This document shows, in pieces, positions 18,746 through 27,686 of a stretch of 64,000 bases of DNA. Made by a program: the position numbers and the translations under genes. The notes beneath the pieces were generated by a model. The model was not told the origin of the DNA. It ran no database searches and saw only the letters and a list, made by a program, of their open reading frames with translations. Origin of the DNA: Candidatus Anstonellales archaeon (GTDB lineage: Archaea > Micrarchaeota > Micrarchaeia > Anstonellales > J096). Each line of letters begins with the position of its first letter. Positions within the stretch are counted from its first letter, which is position 1. Location: NCBI GenBank assembly GCA_038890615.1, contig JAWAFI010000001.1, positions 432,843-496,842 of the forward strand. The letters are read 5' to 3'.

Positions 18746-19674
18746 GGGTGGTTATTACTGGTGGAGCTGGGTTTATAGGCTCCTATCTGTGCGAAAGGTT
18801 CCTCAATGAAGGAGCTGAGGTTGTTTGCATTGACAACTTAATAACAGGATCAATGGAAAACATTGGACACCTTGAATCTAATAGGCGCTTTGAATTCGTG
18901 AAGATGGATGTTTCTAAGGAGCCAATAAGAGAGAAATGCACACACGTGCTCCACTTTGCATCACCTGCAAGCCCTGTTGACTATCAGCGCTATGCACTTG
19001 AAACCCTTATGGCAAATTCAATAGGCACAAAGAATGCAATTGAGTGCGCCTTAAGGAATAAAGCATTCTTTTTGTTTGCCTCTACATCAGAAGTTTATGG
19101 CGACCCATTGGTGCATCCGCAGCCAGAGAGCTATTGGGGGAATGTAAATCCCATAGGGCCTCGCTCAATGTATGATGAATCAAAGAGGTTCGGCGAGGCG
19201 CTTGTGATGCATTACGTTAGAAAAGGGGCAATGGCAAACATTGTTAGGATATTCAACACCTATGGCCCAAGAATGAGGCTCAACGATGGCAGAATAGTGC
19301 CAAACTTCATGGTGCAAGCGATCAAGGGAAAGCCGCTTACTGTTTATGGCAACGGAAAGCAGACAAGGAGCTTCTGCTTCATTGATGACCTAGTGGAAGG
19401 CATCTGGAGGTATTCCACTTCTGGCCTGAAGGGTGAAGTGATCAACATGGGAAATCCAGAGGAGCACACAGTGCTCCAGTTTGCTAAGTTCATTAAAAAA
19501 GCAACGCGCTCAAGCTCAGAAATAGTGATGAAGCCCCTGCCACAAGATGACCCAAGGCAGAGGAGGCCTGATATAGCAAAGGCAAAAAGGCTGTTAAAAT
19601 GGGAGCCAAAAGTTCCTCTGGCAGAAGGTTTAAGAAGGACAGCTGAGTGGTTCAAGGAAGAGCTGGAGGCATAG
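18742..19674 (+). CDS. UDP-glucuronate decarboxylase family (SDR epimerase/dehydratase)
   Basis: [48 protein letters not shown]. Confidence 0.9.
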   Translation: MRVVITGGAGFIGSYLCERFLNEGAEVVCIDNLITGSMENIGHLESNRRFEFVKMDVSKEPIREKCTHVLHFASPASPVDYQRYALETLMANSIGTKNAIECALRNKAFFLFASTSEVYGDPLVHPQPESYWGNVNPIGPRSMYDESKRFGEALVMHYVRKGAMANIVRIFNTYGPRMRLNDGRIVPNFMVQAIKGKPLTVYGNGKQTRSFCFIDDLVEGIWRYSTSGLKGEVINMGNPEEHTVLQFAKFIKKATRSSSEIVMKPLPQDDPRQRRPDIAKAKRLLKWEPKVPLAEGLRRTAEWFKEELEA

Positions 19675-19676
19675 CT

Positions 19677-20834
19677 ATGGATGTGCTGATGTTTTACCCT
19701 TTTATTATTCAGAAAGGTGGCACTGATAGGCTGCTACTTCAAATTGCTAAAAAATTTGATCCTATAATATATACTTCATATTATAAGCCAAATGCTTCTT
19801 TTAAGGAGCTTAAAGAATTTGACATAAGGATTTTTAGGAACCCTTTTATAGAGGCTACTTTCTCAATTGTAAACGATGAAGTTAAGCGCAATCTAATAAT
19901 TAGTGGGGCAAAATCGCTTTTTCATAAGGTGAAAGAAGATTATGATGTAATACTCTCTCTTTCTCCTACTCATTGGATAAGAAATAGAAACGAGAGAGTA
20001 TGCTGGTATTTTGGAGGTCCAATAAGAAGTGCATTTGATCTTTATTCTGTTAAGGTAAGTAACCTATTTCTGCCCAAGAAACTTGCACTTGATACTATGT
20101 TCTGGTTTTACAAAATGATTGAAAAAAGAATAGATCCAAAAATAGAGATGGTGGTTACATTTTCGCCTTATGTGTTAGAAAGAGATGCAGAATTCATAAT
20201 GAATTACATAAAAAGACCTATAGACATGATTGTACCTGCACCAGTGGAGGAAAAAGAGTTTAGAAATGAATCTTATGACAAATACTTTTTTTATCCGTCT
20301 CGCATAGCACCAGAGAAAAGATTTGAATATGTTATAGAAGCTTTTAGGCAATTTAGCAGAAAGAAGAAAGGATGGAAGTTAATAATTGCAGGTTCTTTGC
20401 TTCAGAGAAAAAGGGAGCTTGACTATGCAGATAAGCTAAAAAAACTTGCAGAAGGTTTAAATGTTGAATTCAGGTTCAGCATAAGTGATGATGAACTAAA
20501 GTCATTATATGCAAACTGTTTTACAGTGCTTTTTTCTCCTATTAACGAAGACTGGGGCTATATACCTCTAGAGGCAATGGCATCAGAAAAACCCTGCATC
20601 TCACTTAATGAGGGGGGGCCGAAGTACTCAATCATTGATGGCAAAACAGGTTTCCTTGTGAACAGTCCTGAAGAAATGGCAGATAGAATGCTTTACTTGG
20701 CTGAAAATCCTGCAGAGGTTGAAAGGATGGGCAAAGAAGGCAGGAAAGAAGTGCTTAGGAAATACACATGGAAGAAATTTGCAAATGACATGGAAAAGGC
20801 TTTAAAGAAAGTTAGTAGAGAAAAGTATAAGTGA
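19677..20834 (+). CDS. glycosyltransferase family 4
   Basis: FYPSRIAPEKRF, NEDWGYIPLEAMA (EX7E). Confidence 0.9.
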   Translation: MDVLMFYPFIIQKGGTDRLLLQIAKKFDPIIYTSYYKPNASFKELKEFDIRIFRNPFIEATFSIVNDEVKRNLIISGAKSLFHKVKEDYDVILSLSPTHWIRNRNERVCWYFGGPIRSAFDLYSVKVSNLFLPKKLALDTMFWFYKMIEKRIDPKIEMVVTFSPYVLERDAEFIMNYIKRPIDMIVPAPVEEKEFRNESYDKYFFYPSRIAPEKRFEYVIEAFRQFSRKKKGWKLIIAGSLLQRKRELDYADKLKKLAEGLNVEFRFSISDDELKSLYANCFTVLFSPINEDWGYIPLEAMASEKPCISLNEGGPKYSIIDGKTGFLVNSPEEMADRMLYLAENPAEVERMGKEGRKEVLRKYTWKKFANDMEKALKKVSREKYK

Positions 20835-20838
20835 AAAA

Positions 20839-21990
20839 ATGAATTTGATTTTGGTCCACCCATTTCTTCATCAGCGGGGTGGTGGAGAAAGGGTTGTTCT
20901 CGAAATTTCTAAGAAATTCAACCCTATAATTTACACAGTGCTTTATGACCCAAAGAATACATTTGAGGATTTCAACGAGTATGATATACGCATCCTTCCT
21001 AAATCGTTATTAGAAGCTCCTTTCTTCTTTATGAAAAATGACTTTAGGTACTCCAGGGCGATCTCTGCGGGCTTTAGATATTACTTCTCAAAGCTTACGG
21101 AGGACTATGATGTTATTAATGCTCATGGAACCCCAAGCGAGTGGATAAGGAATAGGAATGAAAGAGTATTATGGTATTGTTATAGCCCAAGCAGGGAAGC
21201 GTATGACTTATACGATTTCAGAATGAAAAACCTTTCTTTACCACAGAAAGTGCTTAAATCAGTATTTATTTCTGGATTTAGGCTTACAGAAGAATCTATC
21301 GTACAAAAGCTAGAGAAAATAGTTGCTATTTCCGAAATAACAAACTTTAGAATAAAAAAATATTTCAAAAGAAATGATGCAGAAGTAATACCCCCTGGGG
21401 TTGATGCAGAAAAATTCACAAACAAAGGGTATGAAAAATATTTCTTTTACCCATCCCGCATAGTGCCAGAGAAGCGCTTTGAATATGCAATAGAAGCTTT
21501 CAAGCGGTTTAGTAAAAAGAAAAAAGGATGGAAACTCATAATTGCAGGTTTTCTGGCTGACAAACCTTCTGAAAAGGAGTATTTTGAAAAGATAAAAGAG
21601 CTAGCCAAAGGGTTCAACGTAGAATTTAGGCTAAATTTAGAGGAAAAGGACCTAAAAGAACTATATTCAAACAGCTATGCGGTGCTCTTTACCCCTATAA
21701 ATGAGGATTTTGGTCTTGTGCCATTAGAGGCAATGGCATCAGAAAAGCCCTGCATTTCAGTCAATGAAGGAGGTCCTGTGAATGTAATAAAAGAGGGAAG
21801 GACTGGTTTCCTCGTGAACAGCCCTGAAGAAATGGCAGATAGAATGCTCTACCTTGCGAGCCACTCTGAAGAAAATGAAAGGATGGGAAAGGAAGGTAGA
21901 AAGGAAATTTTTAGAAATTACACGTGGAAGGTGTTCCTAAACAGAATGGAAAGGGCTTTCAAAGAAGTTGCAAGAGCTAAGGAAGGCTGA
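20839..21990 (+). CDS. glycosyltransferase family 4 (paralog of upstream gene)
   Basis: GGGERVV, FYPSRIVPEKRF, NEDFGLVPLEAMA. Confidence 0.92.
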   Translation: MNLILVHPFLHQRGGGERVVLEISKKFNPIIYTVLYDPKNTFEDFNEYDIRILPKSLLEAPFFFMKNDFRYSRAISAGFRYYFSKLTEDYDVINAHGTPSEWIRNRNERVLWYCYSPSREAYDLYDFRMKNLSLPQKVLKSVFISGFRLTEESIVQKLEKIVAISEITNFRIKKYFKRNDAEVIPPGVDAEKFTNKGYEKYFFYPSRIVPEKRFEYAIEAFKRFSKKKKGWKLIIAGFLADKPSEKEYFEKIKELAKGFNVEFRLNLEEKDLKELYSNSYAVLFTPINEDFGLVPLEAMASEKPCISVNEGGPVNVIKEGRTGFLVNSPEEMADRMLYLASHSEENERMGKEGRKEIFRNYTWKVFLNRMERAFKEVARAKEG

Positions 21991-22795
21991 ATTCCCTGAA
22001 CTTGAAACCCATCTTCACAAGCTTGGAATTGTCTCCATAAAATACAATAGGATTTTCTTCATTGATTTTAGTTTCTTTTGCATTATTTGCATTACAGAAT
22101 TTCTTTATTTTTGAGTAAACTTCTGAGATCTGTGTAGGTTTACCTGTGCATATATTGTAAGTGCCTATCATTCTCCTTTCAACAACTGAGCTGAGCACAT
22201 TCACAACATCATCAACATGTACAAGATCTATAAAGCTATAGGGATTTATTATATCTACTTCCTTCTTTTTTTTATATTTTTGTATAACGTCTGGGACTAA
22301 GAAGCCTTCTGGTTGATCTGCACTATAAGCATTAAAGAGCCTAAATATAGTTGCTTGATAACCTCTCTTGACTCCAAAATATTTAACAATCTCTTCTCCG
22401 ATGAGTTTTGTAAGCCCATAGAAATTTTGTGGCTTTGGAGTTTCGTTTTCCTTATGCATCTTATTGCTTTTATCATAGACCTTAGCTGAGCTCATAAAAA
22501 CTAGCTTTGCATCTTCCATCACCTTTTCAGCAATGTTCATTGTCCCTTCTACATTTATACTCCATGCAAGCTCTTTTTCCTGTTCACATATGCGGGGATT
22601 GGCTATTGCTGCTAGATGATAAACCACTTCAAATTTTGAAAGATCAAGATTTTTATCCCTCACATCTGCAGTAATATGAAATTGAGATTTACTTGGCTCT
22701 CTTGTGAGTATATAAACCATATACCCTTTATTTTCAAGTGCTTTTCTTAGCCGGCTTCCTATAAAACCTGCCCCTCCTGTAATGAGGATATTCAT
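21977..22795 (-). CDS. NAD-dependent epimerase/reductase (possibly Rmd-like)
   Basis: [23 protein letters not shown]-coupled to gmd. Confidence 0.8.
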   Translation of the reverse strand: MNILITGGAGFIGSRLRKALENKGYMVYILTREPSKSQFHITADVRDKNLDLSKFEVVYHLAAIANPRICEQEKELAWSINVEGTMNIAEKVMEDAKLVFMSSAKVYDKSNKMHKENETPKPQNFYGLTKLIGEEIVKYFGVKRGYQATIFRLFNAYSADQPEGFLVPDVIQKYKKKKEVDIINPYSFIDLVHVDDVVNVLSSVVERRMIGTYNICTGKPTQISEVYSKIKKFCNANNAKETKINEENPIVFYGDNSKLVKMGFKFREFSLP

Positions 22796-23766
22796 GCACG
22801 CCTCCCTTGCTTCAGCAGTTTTATGTCTGCGTCAACCATTATCTTAACAAGCTTTTTGAAATCAGTCTTAGGTTTCCATCCAAGTACCTTACGTGCTTTG
22901 CTTGCATCTCCTACAAGATTATGAACCTCAGCAGGCCTCTTGTACTTATCATCAACTTTCACATATTTTTCCCAATTCTTTATTCCTGCGCATGCAAATG
23001 CCTCCTTTACGAAATCCCTCACACTGTGGCTCTTGCCAGTTGCAATTACAAAATCATCAGGTTCTTTCTGCTGTAGCATTTTCCACATCGCTTCAACGTA
23101 TTCAGGTGCATACCCCCAATCCCTTTTTGCATCAAGGTTGCCCAATGAAATTGATTTGGTCATTCCAAGCTTTATCATCGCAACCCCATAGCTGATTTTC
23201 CTCGTCACGAACTCAATGCCCCTCCTTGGGGACTCGTGGTTGAACAATATCCCATTGACTGCGAACATATCATAACTTTCCCTATAATTAACAGTAGCCC
23301 AGTATGCCATCATCTTTGCAAACCCATATGGGCTCCTTGGATGGAAGGGGGTTGTTTCTTTTTGAGGCACTTCCTTTGCCTTCCCAAAAATCTCTGATGT
23401 TGACGCCTGGTAAAATTTGATTGATGGGTCTATATTTTTTATTGCCTCAAGCGCTCTCACAACACCCACTCCATTAACATCACAAGTATATTCAGGCATC
23501 GTCCAAGAACCACCTACGTAAGATTGGGCAGCTAAATTGTAGAATTCAGTAGGCTCTGTCTGTTTTATTGCTTTGTATAAAGAGAAACTGTCACTCATAT
23601 CGCCATATATAAGTGATATCTTTTCAGTAAGATGTGCTATCCTCTGCATATTCGTGTTGCTTGACCTGCGCACAAGCCCATAAACTTCATAGCCCTTTGA
23701 AAGGAGGAGCTCAGCTAGATAAGAGCCATCCTGACCTGTTATGCCAGTTATAAGAGCGCTTTTCAT
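22792..23766 (-). CDS. gmd: GDP-mannose 4,6-dehydratase
   Basis: [54 protein letters not shown]. Confidence 0.96.
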   Translation of the reverse strand: MKSALITGITGQDGSYLAELLLSKGYEVYGLVRRSSNTNMQRIAHLTEKISLIYGDMSDSFSLYKAIKQTEPTEFYNLAAQSYVGGSWTMPEYTCDVNGVGVVRALEAIKNIDPSIKFYQASTSEIFGKAKEVPQKETTPFHPRSPYGFAKMMAYWATVNYRESYDMFAVNGILFNHESPRRGIEFVTRKISYGVAMIKLGMTKSISLGNLDAKRDWGYAPEYVEAMWKMLQQKEPDDFVIATGKSHSVRDFVKEAFACAGIKNWEKYVKVDDKYKRPAEVHNLVGDASKARKVLGWKPKTDFKKLVKIMVDADIKLLKQGRRA

Positions 23767-23839
23767 AGAGAAGCACCAAATCGTTTTAAACTAGCACTAT
23801 ATTTAAAGCTTTAAGATAATACTCATTCTTAGTGGTTTA

Positions 23840-24774
23840 ATGAACTGCCCTTTGTGCAAAAACAAAGTTTCAACAAAGCCCTTAATGAAATATAAACAAT
23901 ACAAGCTTTTCAAGTGTAATAGATGTACTAATGGGTTTTGGTATCCGCTTAAGATGCCATCAGGAGATTGGTACGCAAATGCAGAGAATGAGGACAATGA
24001 AGCCATAAGTTACACCTACACGACGCTTCATAGTCTTTCATCTACTCTTTTAATCACCCATCTTAATTTCCTACGAGTAATCCCTTTGAAAAGGGGGGAG
24101 CTTCTTGATGTAGGGTGCGGCAACGGCTCTTTCATGGCAGAGGTTTCCAAGAGGTTTTCGGTTTATGGAATTGATTTTGATCCTAAGTGTATAGAAGTAG
24201 CAAAGAAAAGAGGGTTAAAGAACGTGTTTTTAATGAGCTTAAGTGAATTTGCAAAGCAAAATCCAGGAAAAAAATTGATGTGATAATTTTTTTTGAGGTG
24301 CTTGAGCACCAATCAAATCCTGATGAATTTATAAAAGATGTGAAGAAGCTGCTTAAGAAAGGGGCTTACATAGCTGGCTCTGTGCCATTGCACAAGGACA
24401 TGAAGCCTTTTGGAGAGGGGGATGTGCCCCCCAACCATTTCCTTATGTTCACAAAGGATGGGCTTGAAAAATACTTAAAGCTCAAGGGCTTCAAGTCAGT
24501 AAGGGTTGAGGAAGTGGTGGACAAGAGCCAGTTCAGGGGCGCGCTTGGTATAAACTCAAGTTTACTCAGATCTATTTTTGCTCTTTCAAAGAAGGACATA
24601 AAAGAACTCTCTATAAAGTTCAGGCTTTACTTCCTTGCAAAAGACCTTGGCAGGCTTATGATGCCTCTTATAGATTTATCAGTCTCTTTATACAGAATGC
24701 TCATTGGGGAGAAAAGGGCAAAGGAAATAGAGAAGTCATCGTTGGGCGGGCTTTATTTCCAAGCCAGGCTTTAA
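23840..24774 (+). pseudogene. class I SAM-dependent methyltransferase split by a -1 frameshift at A7 (24268-24274)
   Basis: Frame 1 has CxxC..CxxC and LLDVGCGNG; the -1 frame continues KKIDVIIFFEVLEH...LLKKGA. Confidence 0.8.
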
Positions 24775-25883
24775 TACAACGATCTTGCAACTTCTTCAAA
24801 CCTCTTAAGGAGTATATCCCAGTTGAACTTTTTTTCTACTTTTTTTCTCCCTCTCAGCCCCATTTTTTTAGCTAGGTTTTCACTTCCGGCAAGCTCAAGC
24901 ATAAACTGCGCCATTTTATCAGTGCTTTCCGCAAGGAAGCCATCCTTCCCATGCTCAATCGTTTCAAGAGGTCCTCCCTCAGCTTTTGCTATGCATGGCT
25001 TATATGCGCTAAATCCCTCAAGCGGCACAAGACCAAAATCCTCATTTATAGGGGTAAAGAGCACCGCATAGCAGTGGGCATATAAGTTAAGGAGTTGGCT
25101 TTCGCTCATATCTACAATAACCTCCCCATGTGAACCTAGCATCTCCTTTATCTTTTCGTAGTATTCAACATGCTCCTTCCTCTGCCTATTTAGGGAGCCA
25201 CCTATGACCAACTTCCATCCCTTTTCCTTTTCGCTGAACTTTTTGAATGCCTCAATTGCAAACTCAAAATCCTTCTCTGGAGAAATCCTCGATGGGTAGA
25301 AGAAATACCTCTCATATCCTTTGTTGAAAAATTTTTCATAATTTACCCCAGGATGCAAAACCTCTGCCTCCTTTTTCAGGTATTTTCTTATTCTCTCTTG
25401 GCTATTCCTGCTGTTTGTGAATATATGCTCTATGGAAGGAACTACCCAAGAGTCAAGCGCCTTGTAAACATAGGTCGCAGCAGAGAACATGAGCCTTTGT
25501 GGAAGTGCCCTCCTGCTGTTCCTCCATTCATAGAGATCATATACTTCCCTATTTGGGCTGTGGCAGTACCAAATCACAGGGCTGTTCCTGAAGCGTATGA
25601 ATTCAGAAGGGGAAGTGTGGCAGTTTATTACATCATAACCTTCTAGCTTCAGTGTGCTGAAAACCTTTGCAGCAACAGCTGCATCCCTCAGCCTCTTTGG
25701 AAGAGGAAGGTATGATGCAAGACTTTTGTAAAGAACCACATTCAGTTTCTGGAATTCCTCAAAAGTATCAGCAGGTTCATAGTTTGTTGTGTATATATCA
25801 GCATCAAATCGCTTTGCAATCTCAAGCACCACCCTGCCAACCCCGCCTTTGTCAAGGAAGGGGGTTACTATGGCAACGTGCAT
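24771..25883 (-). CDS. glycosyltransferase family 4 (third paralog)
   Basis: GGVGRVV, FYPSRISPEK, NEDFGLVPLEG. Confidence 0.92.
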   Translation of the reverse strand: MHVAIVTPFLDKGGVGRVVLEIAKRFDADIYTTNYEPADTFEEFQKLNVVLYKSLASYLPLPKRLRDAAVAAKVFSTLKLEGYDVINCHTSPSEFIRFRNSPVIWYCHSPNREVYDLYEWRNSRRALPQRLMFSAATYVYKALDSWVVPSIEHIFTNSRNSQERIRKYLKKEAEVLHPGVNYEKFFNKGYERYFFYPSRISPEKDFEFAIEAFKKFSEKEKGWKLVIGGSLNRQRKEHVEYYEKIKEMLGSHGEVIVDMSESQLLNLYAHCYAVLFTPINEDFGLVPLEGFSAYKPCIAKAEGGPLETIEHGKDGFLAESTDKMAQFMLELAGSENLAKKMGLRGRKKVEKKFNWDILLKRFEEVARSLY

Positions 25884-25932
25884 AGTGCTTATTCCATGAA
25901 AGGCTTAAAAAACAATAAGCTTTACTTTATTT

Positions 25933-26637
25933 GTGATAGGCATCATTCTTGCTGGAGGAAAAGGGATGAGGCTGAGGCCTTATACCCAGTATGTGCCAAA
26001 GCCACTTCTCAAAGTTGGAGGTAGAGAAATACTCTATTATGTATTAAGGAATGCAGAGCTTAGCGGTCTTTTTAGCAAGGTGTACATTGCTGCTAGCAGC
26101 AAAGAGCAGATGAGTTTATTTGAAAATTTTGCCAAGCTAAACAGGTTTTCTTTCGAGGCAATCCCTATAATGACTTCTGACAAAGGCACAGGGGATGCTC
26201 TCAGATTCATAGAAAAGCCAAGAGAACCTTTCCTTATAGGGGCAGGAGATCACCTTACAAACATAAACCTAAAGGAAATGTATAAGCAGATGGGGGATTC
26301 AATTGGCATAATAGGTCTGAAGAAAGAAGAAGGAGCAAGTGAATATGGAATTGCAGAAGTTGGTGGGGGGTTCATAAAAGGATTTAAAGATAAGCCTGTA
26401 ACCACCTATTACATAAACACAGCGATATACTTCTTTTCCCCTAAATTATATCATTATATAAAAGAGGGCGATGATCTCTCAGGAGATACTGTGCCAAGGA
26501 TGTTGAAAGCAGGAGAGAAAATAAAGCATTATATCATGAACGAGGATGAGTATTGGATGGACATAGGGAGGGTAAAGGATTATGAGAAAGTCAAAGAATT
26601 TGGGGAACTCTTTGCATTCTTCAAAAAATTCATCTAA
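25933..26637 (+). CDS. sugar-1-phosphate nucleotidyltransferase
   Basis: IILAGGKGMRLRPYT..PKPLL, YWMDIG. Confidence 0.88.
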   Translation: MIGIILAGGKGMRLRPYTQYVPKPLLKVGGREILYYVLRNAELSGLFSKVYIAASSKEQMSLFENFAKLNRFSFEAIPIMTSDKGTGDALRFIEKPREPFLIGAGDHLTNINLKEMYKQMGDSIGIIGLKKEEGASEYGIAEVGGGFIKGFKDKPVTTYYINTAIYFFSPKLYHYIKEGDDLSGDTVPRMLKAGEKIKHYIMNEDEYWMDIGRVKDYEKVKEFGELFAFFKKFI

Positions 26638-27559
26638 AATACTCCTGAGTATATGTGTTCCTGTGAAAAATGACTTAGCTGTGGCAAGGGAATTTGTAAA
26701 GCAGATGGCTGAACAAACAGAAGAGCCAGACGAGGTTATATTTGTAGATGGCCATTCAACAGATGGCACCTATGAGTATTTGGTCGAGGCATCAAAAAAA
26801 TACAAATGGCTTAGGGTAGAAAGGCAAGAAACGGAATTTATCACTCCAGCTGCAGCAAGAAACCAGGCAGTACGCCACTGCAGGGGGGAATTCGTTTATA
26901 TACTTGATGCTGACATAAAGTTAGAAAATGATTTCATTAGAAAAATGAAGAAGGAGCTTTCTAAAAGTAAGCCCCATATATTTTTCTTTAATGTTAAGAG
27001 CTATCCTTCAATAGAGTACAAAAGTATTTGGCATAAACTTTTCTACTGGAAGGATAATGCAGTGGGAATACTAAAAGGAGGACCGCTTGTAATATACAGA
27101 AAGGATGCCTTTATATTCCAGCAAGATAAATACTTCTACGGTGAAGATCGTGTATGCCACAATCAGCTTATGGAAATGGTAAAAGAAAGAATAGTAGAGC
27201 ATTCAAAAAAAACATACTGGGTTTCATCAAAAAGCGTGGAAAGCTTCAAGGAAGCCTTTAATCGCTATTTTAAGTATGGTTTCACTTCCCCTGAATTTGT
27301 ATTTGGACTTAGCAAACCTATAGAGAAGCTAAAAGCAATTGGAGGATGGCTCTCAATACCATTTTTCCCCATTTTGATTGTAGGTTTTGCAAAAGGCCTT
27401 TACCAGACAATAGTATGGCGTAGCTTTGGCTGGGAGGTAATATTTTATCCCTTAATTGAGCCGATGATAATGGTTATTTTTTCTTTAGGTTTTTGGTCAA
27501 GGGTTGCCCATGAATTCTTAAGGTTTTTTGGGCTTAGGAAAGCATGGAACAAGAGCTAA
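26582..27559 (+). CDS. glycosyltransferase family 2 with C-terminal TM segments (start uncertain)
   Basis: SICVPVKN, VDGHSTDGT, AARNQA, LDAD, GED. Confidence 0.85.
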   Translation: MRKSKNLGNSLHSSKNSSKILLSICVPVKNDLAVAREFVKQMAEQTEEPDEVIFVDGHSTDGTYEYLVEASKKYKWLRVERQETEFITPAAARNQAVRHCRGEFVYILDADIKLENDFIRKMKKELSKSKPHIFFFNVKSYPSIEYKSIWHKLFYWKDNAVGILKGGPLVIYRKDAFIFQQDKYFYGEDRVCHNQLMEMVKERIVEHSKKTYWVSSKSVESFKEAFNRYFKYGFTSPEFVFGLSKPIEKLKAIGGWLSIPFFPILIVGFAKGLYQTIVWRSFGWEVIFYPLIEPMIMVIFSLGFWSRVAHEFLRFFGLRKAWNKS

Positions 27560-27632
27560 CGCCTCGACCGGGATTCGAACCCGGGTCGCAGGCTCGACAG
27601 GCCTGAATGCTAGACCACTACACCATCGAGGC
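27560..27632 (-). tRNA. tRNA-Asp(GTC)
   Basis: GCCTCGA acceptor stem, CAGGC-CTGTCGA-GCCTG anticodon arm, GGTTCGAATCC; no encoded CCA. Confidence 0.95.
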
Positions 27633-27686
27633 ATTTTAGAACGCTTCTCTAACTATTTTTTTAAACCTATCTATTGTATGCTAAGC

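Noticed and set aside
27528..27686. N-terminal extension of the 1000-aa AglB ORF
   Set aside because: It is the antisense of tRNA-Asp plus the promoter; the real start is probably the ATG at 27687 (or 27678).
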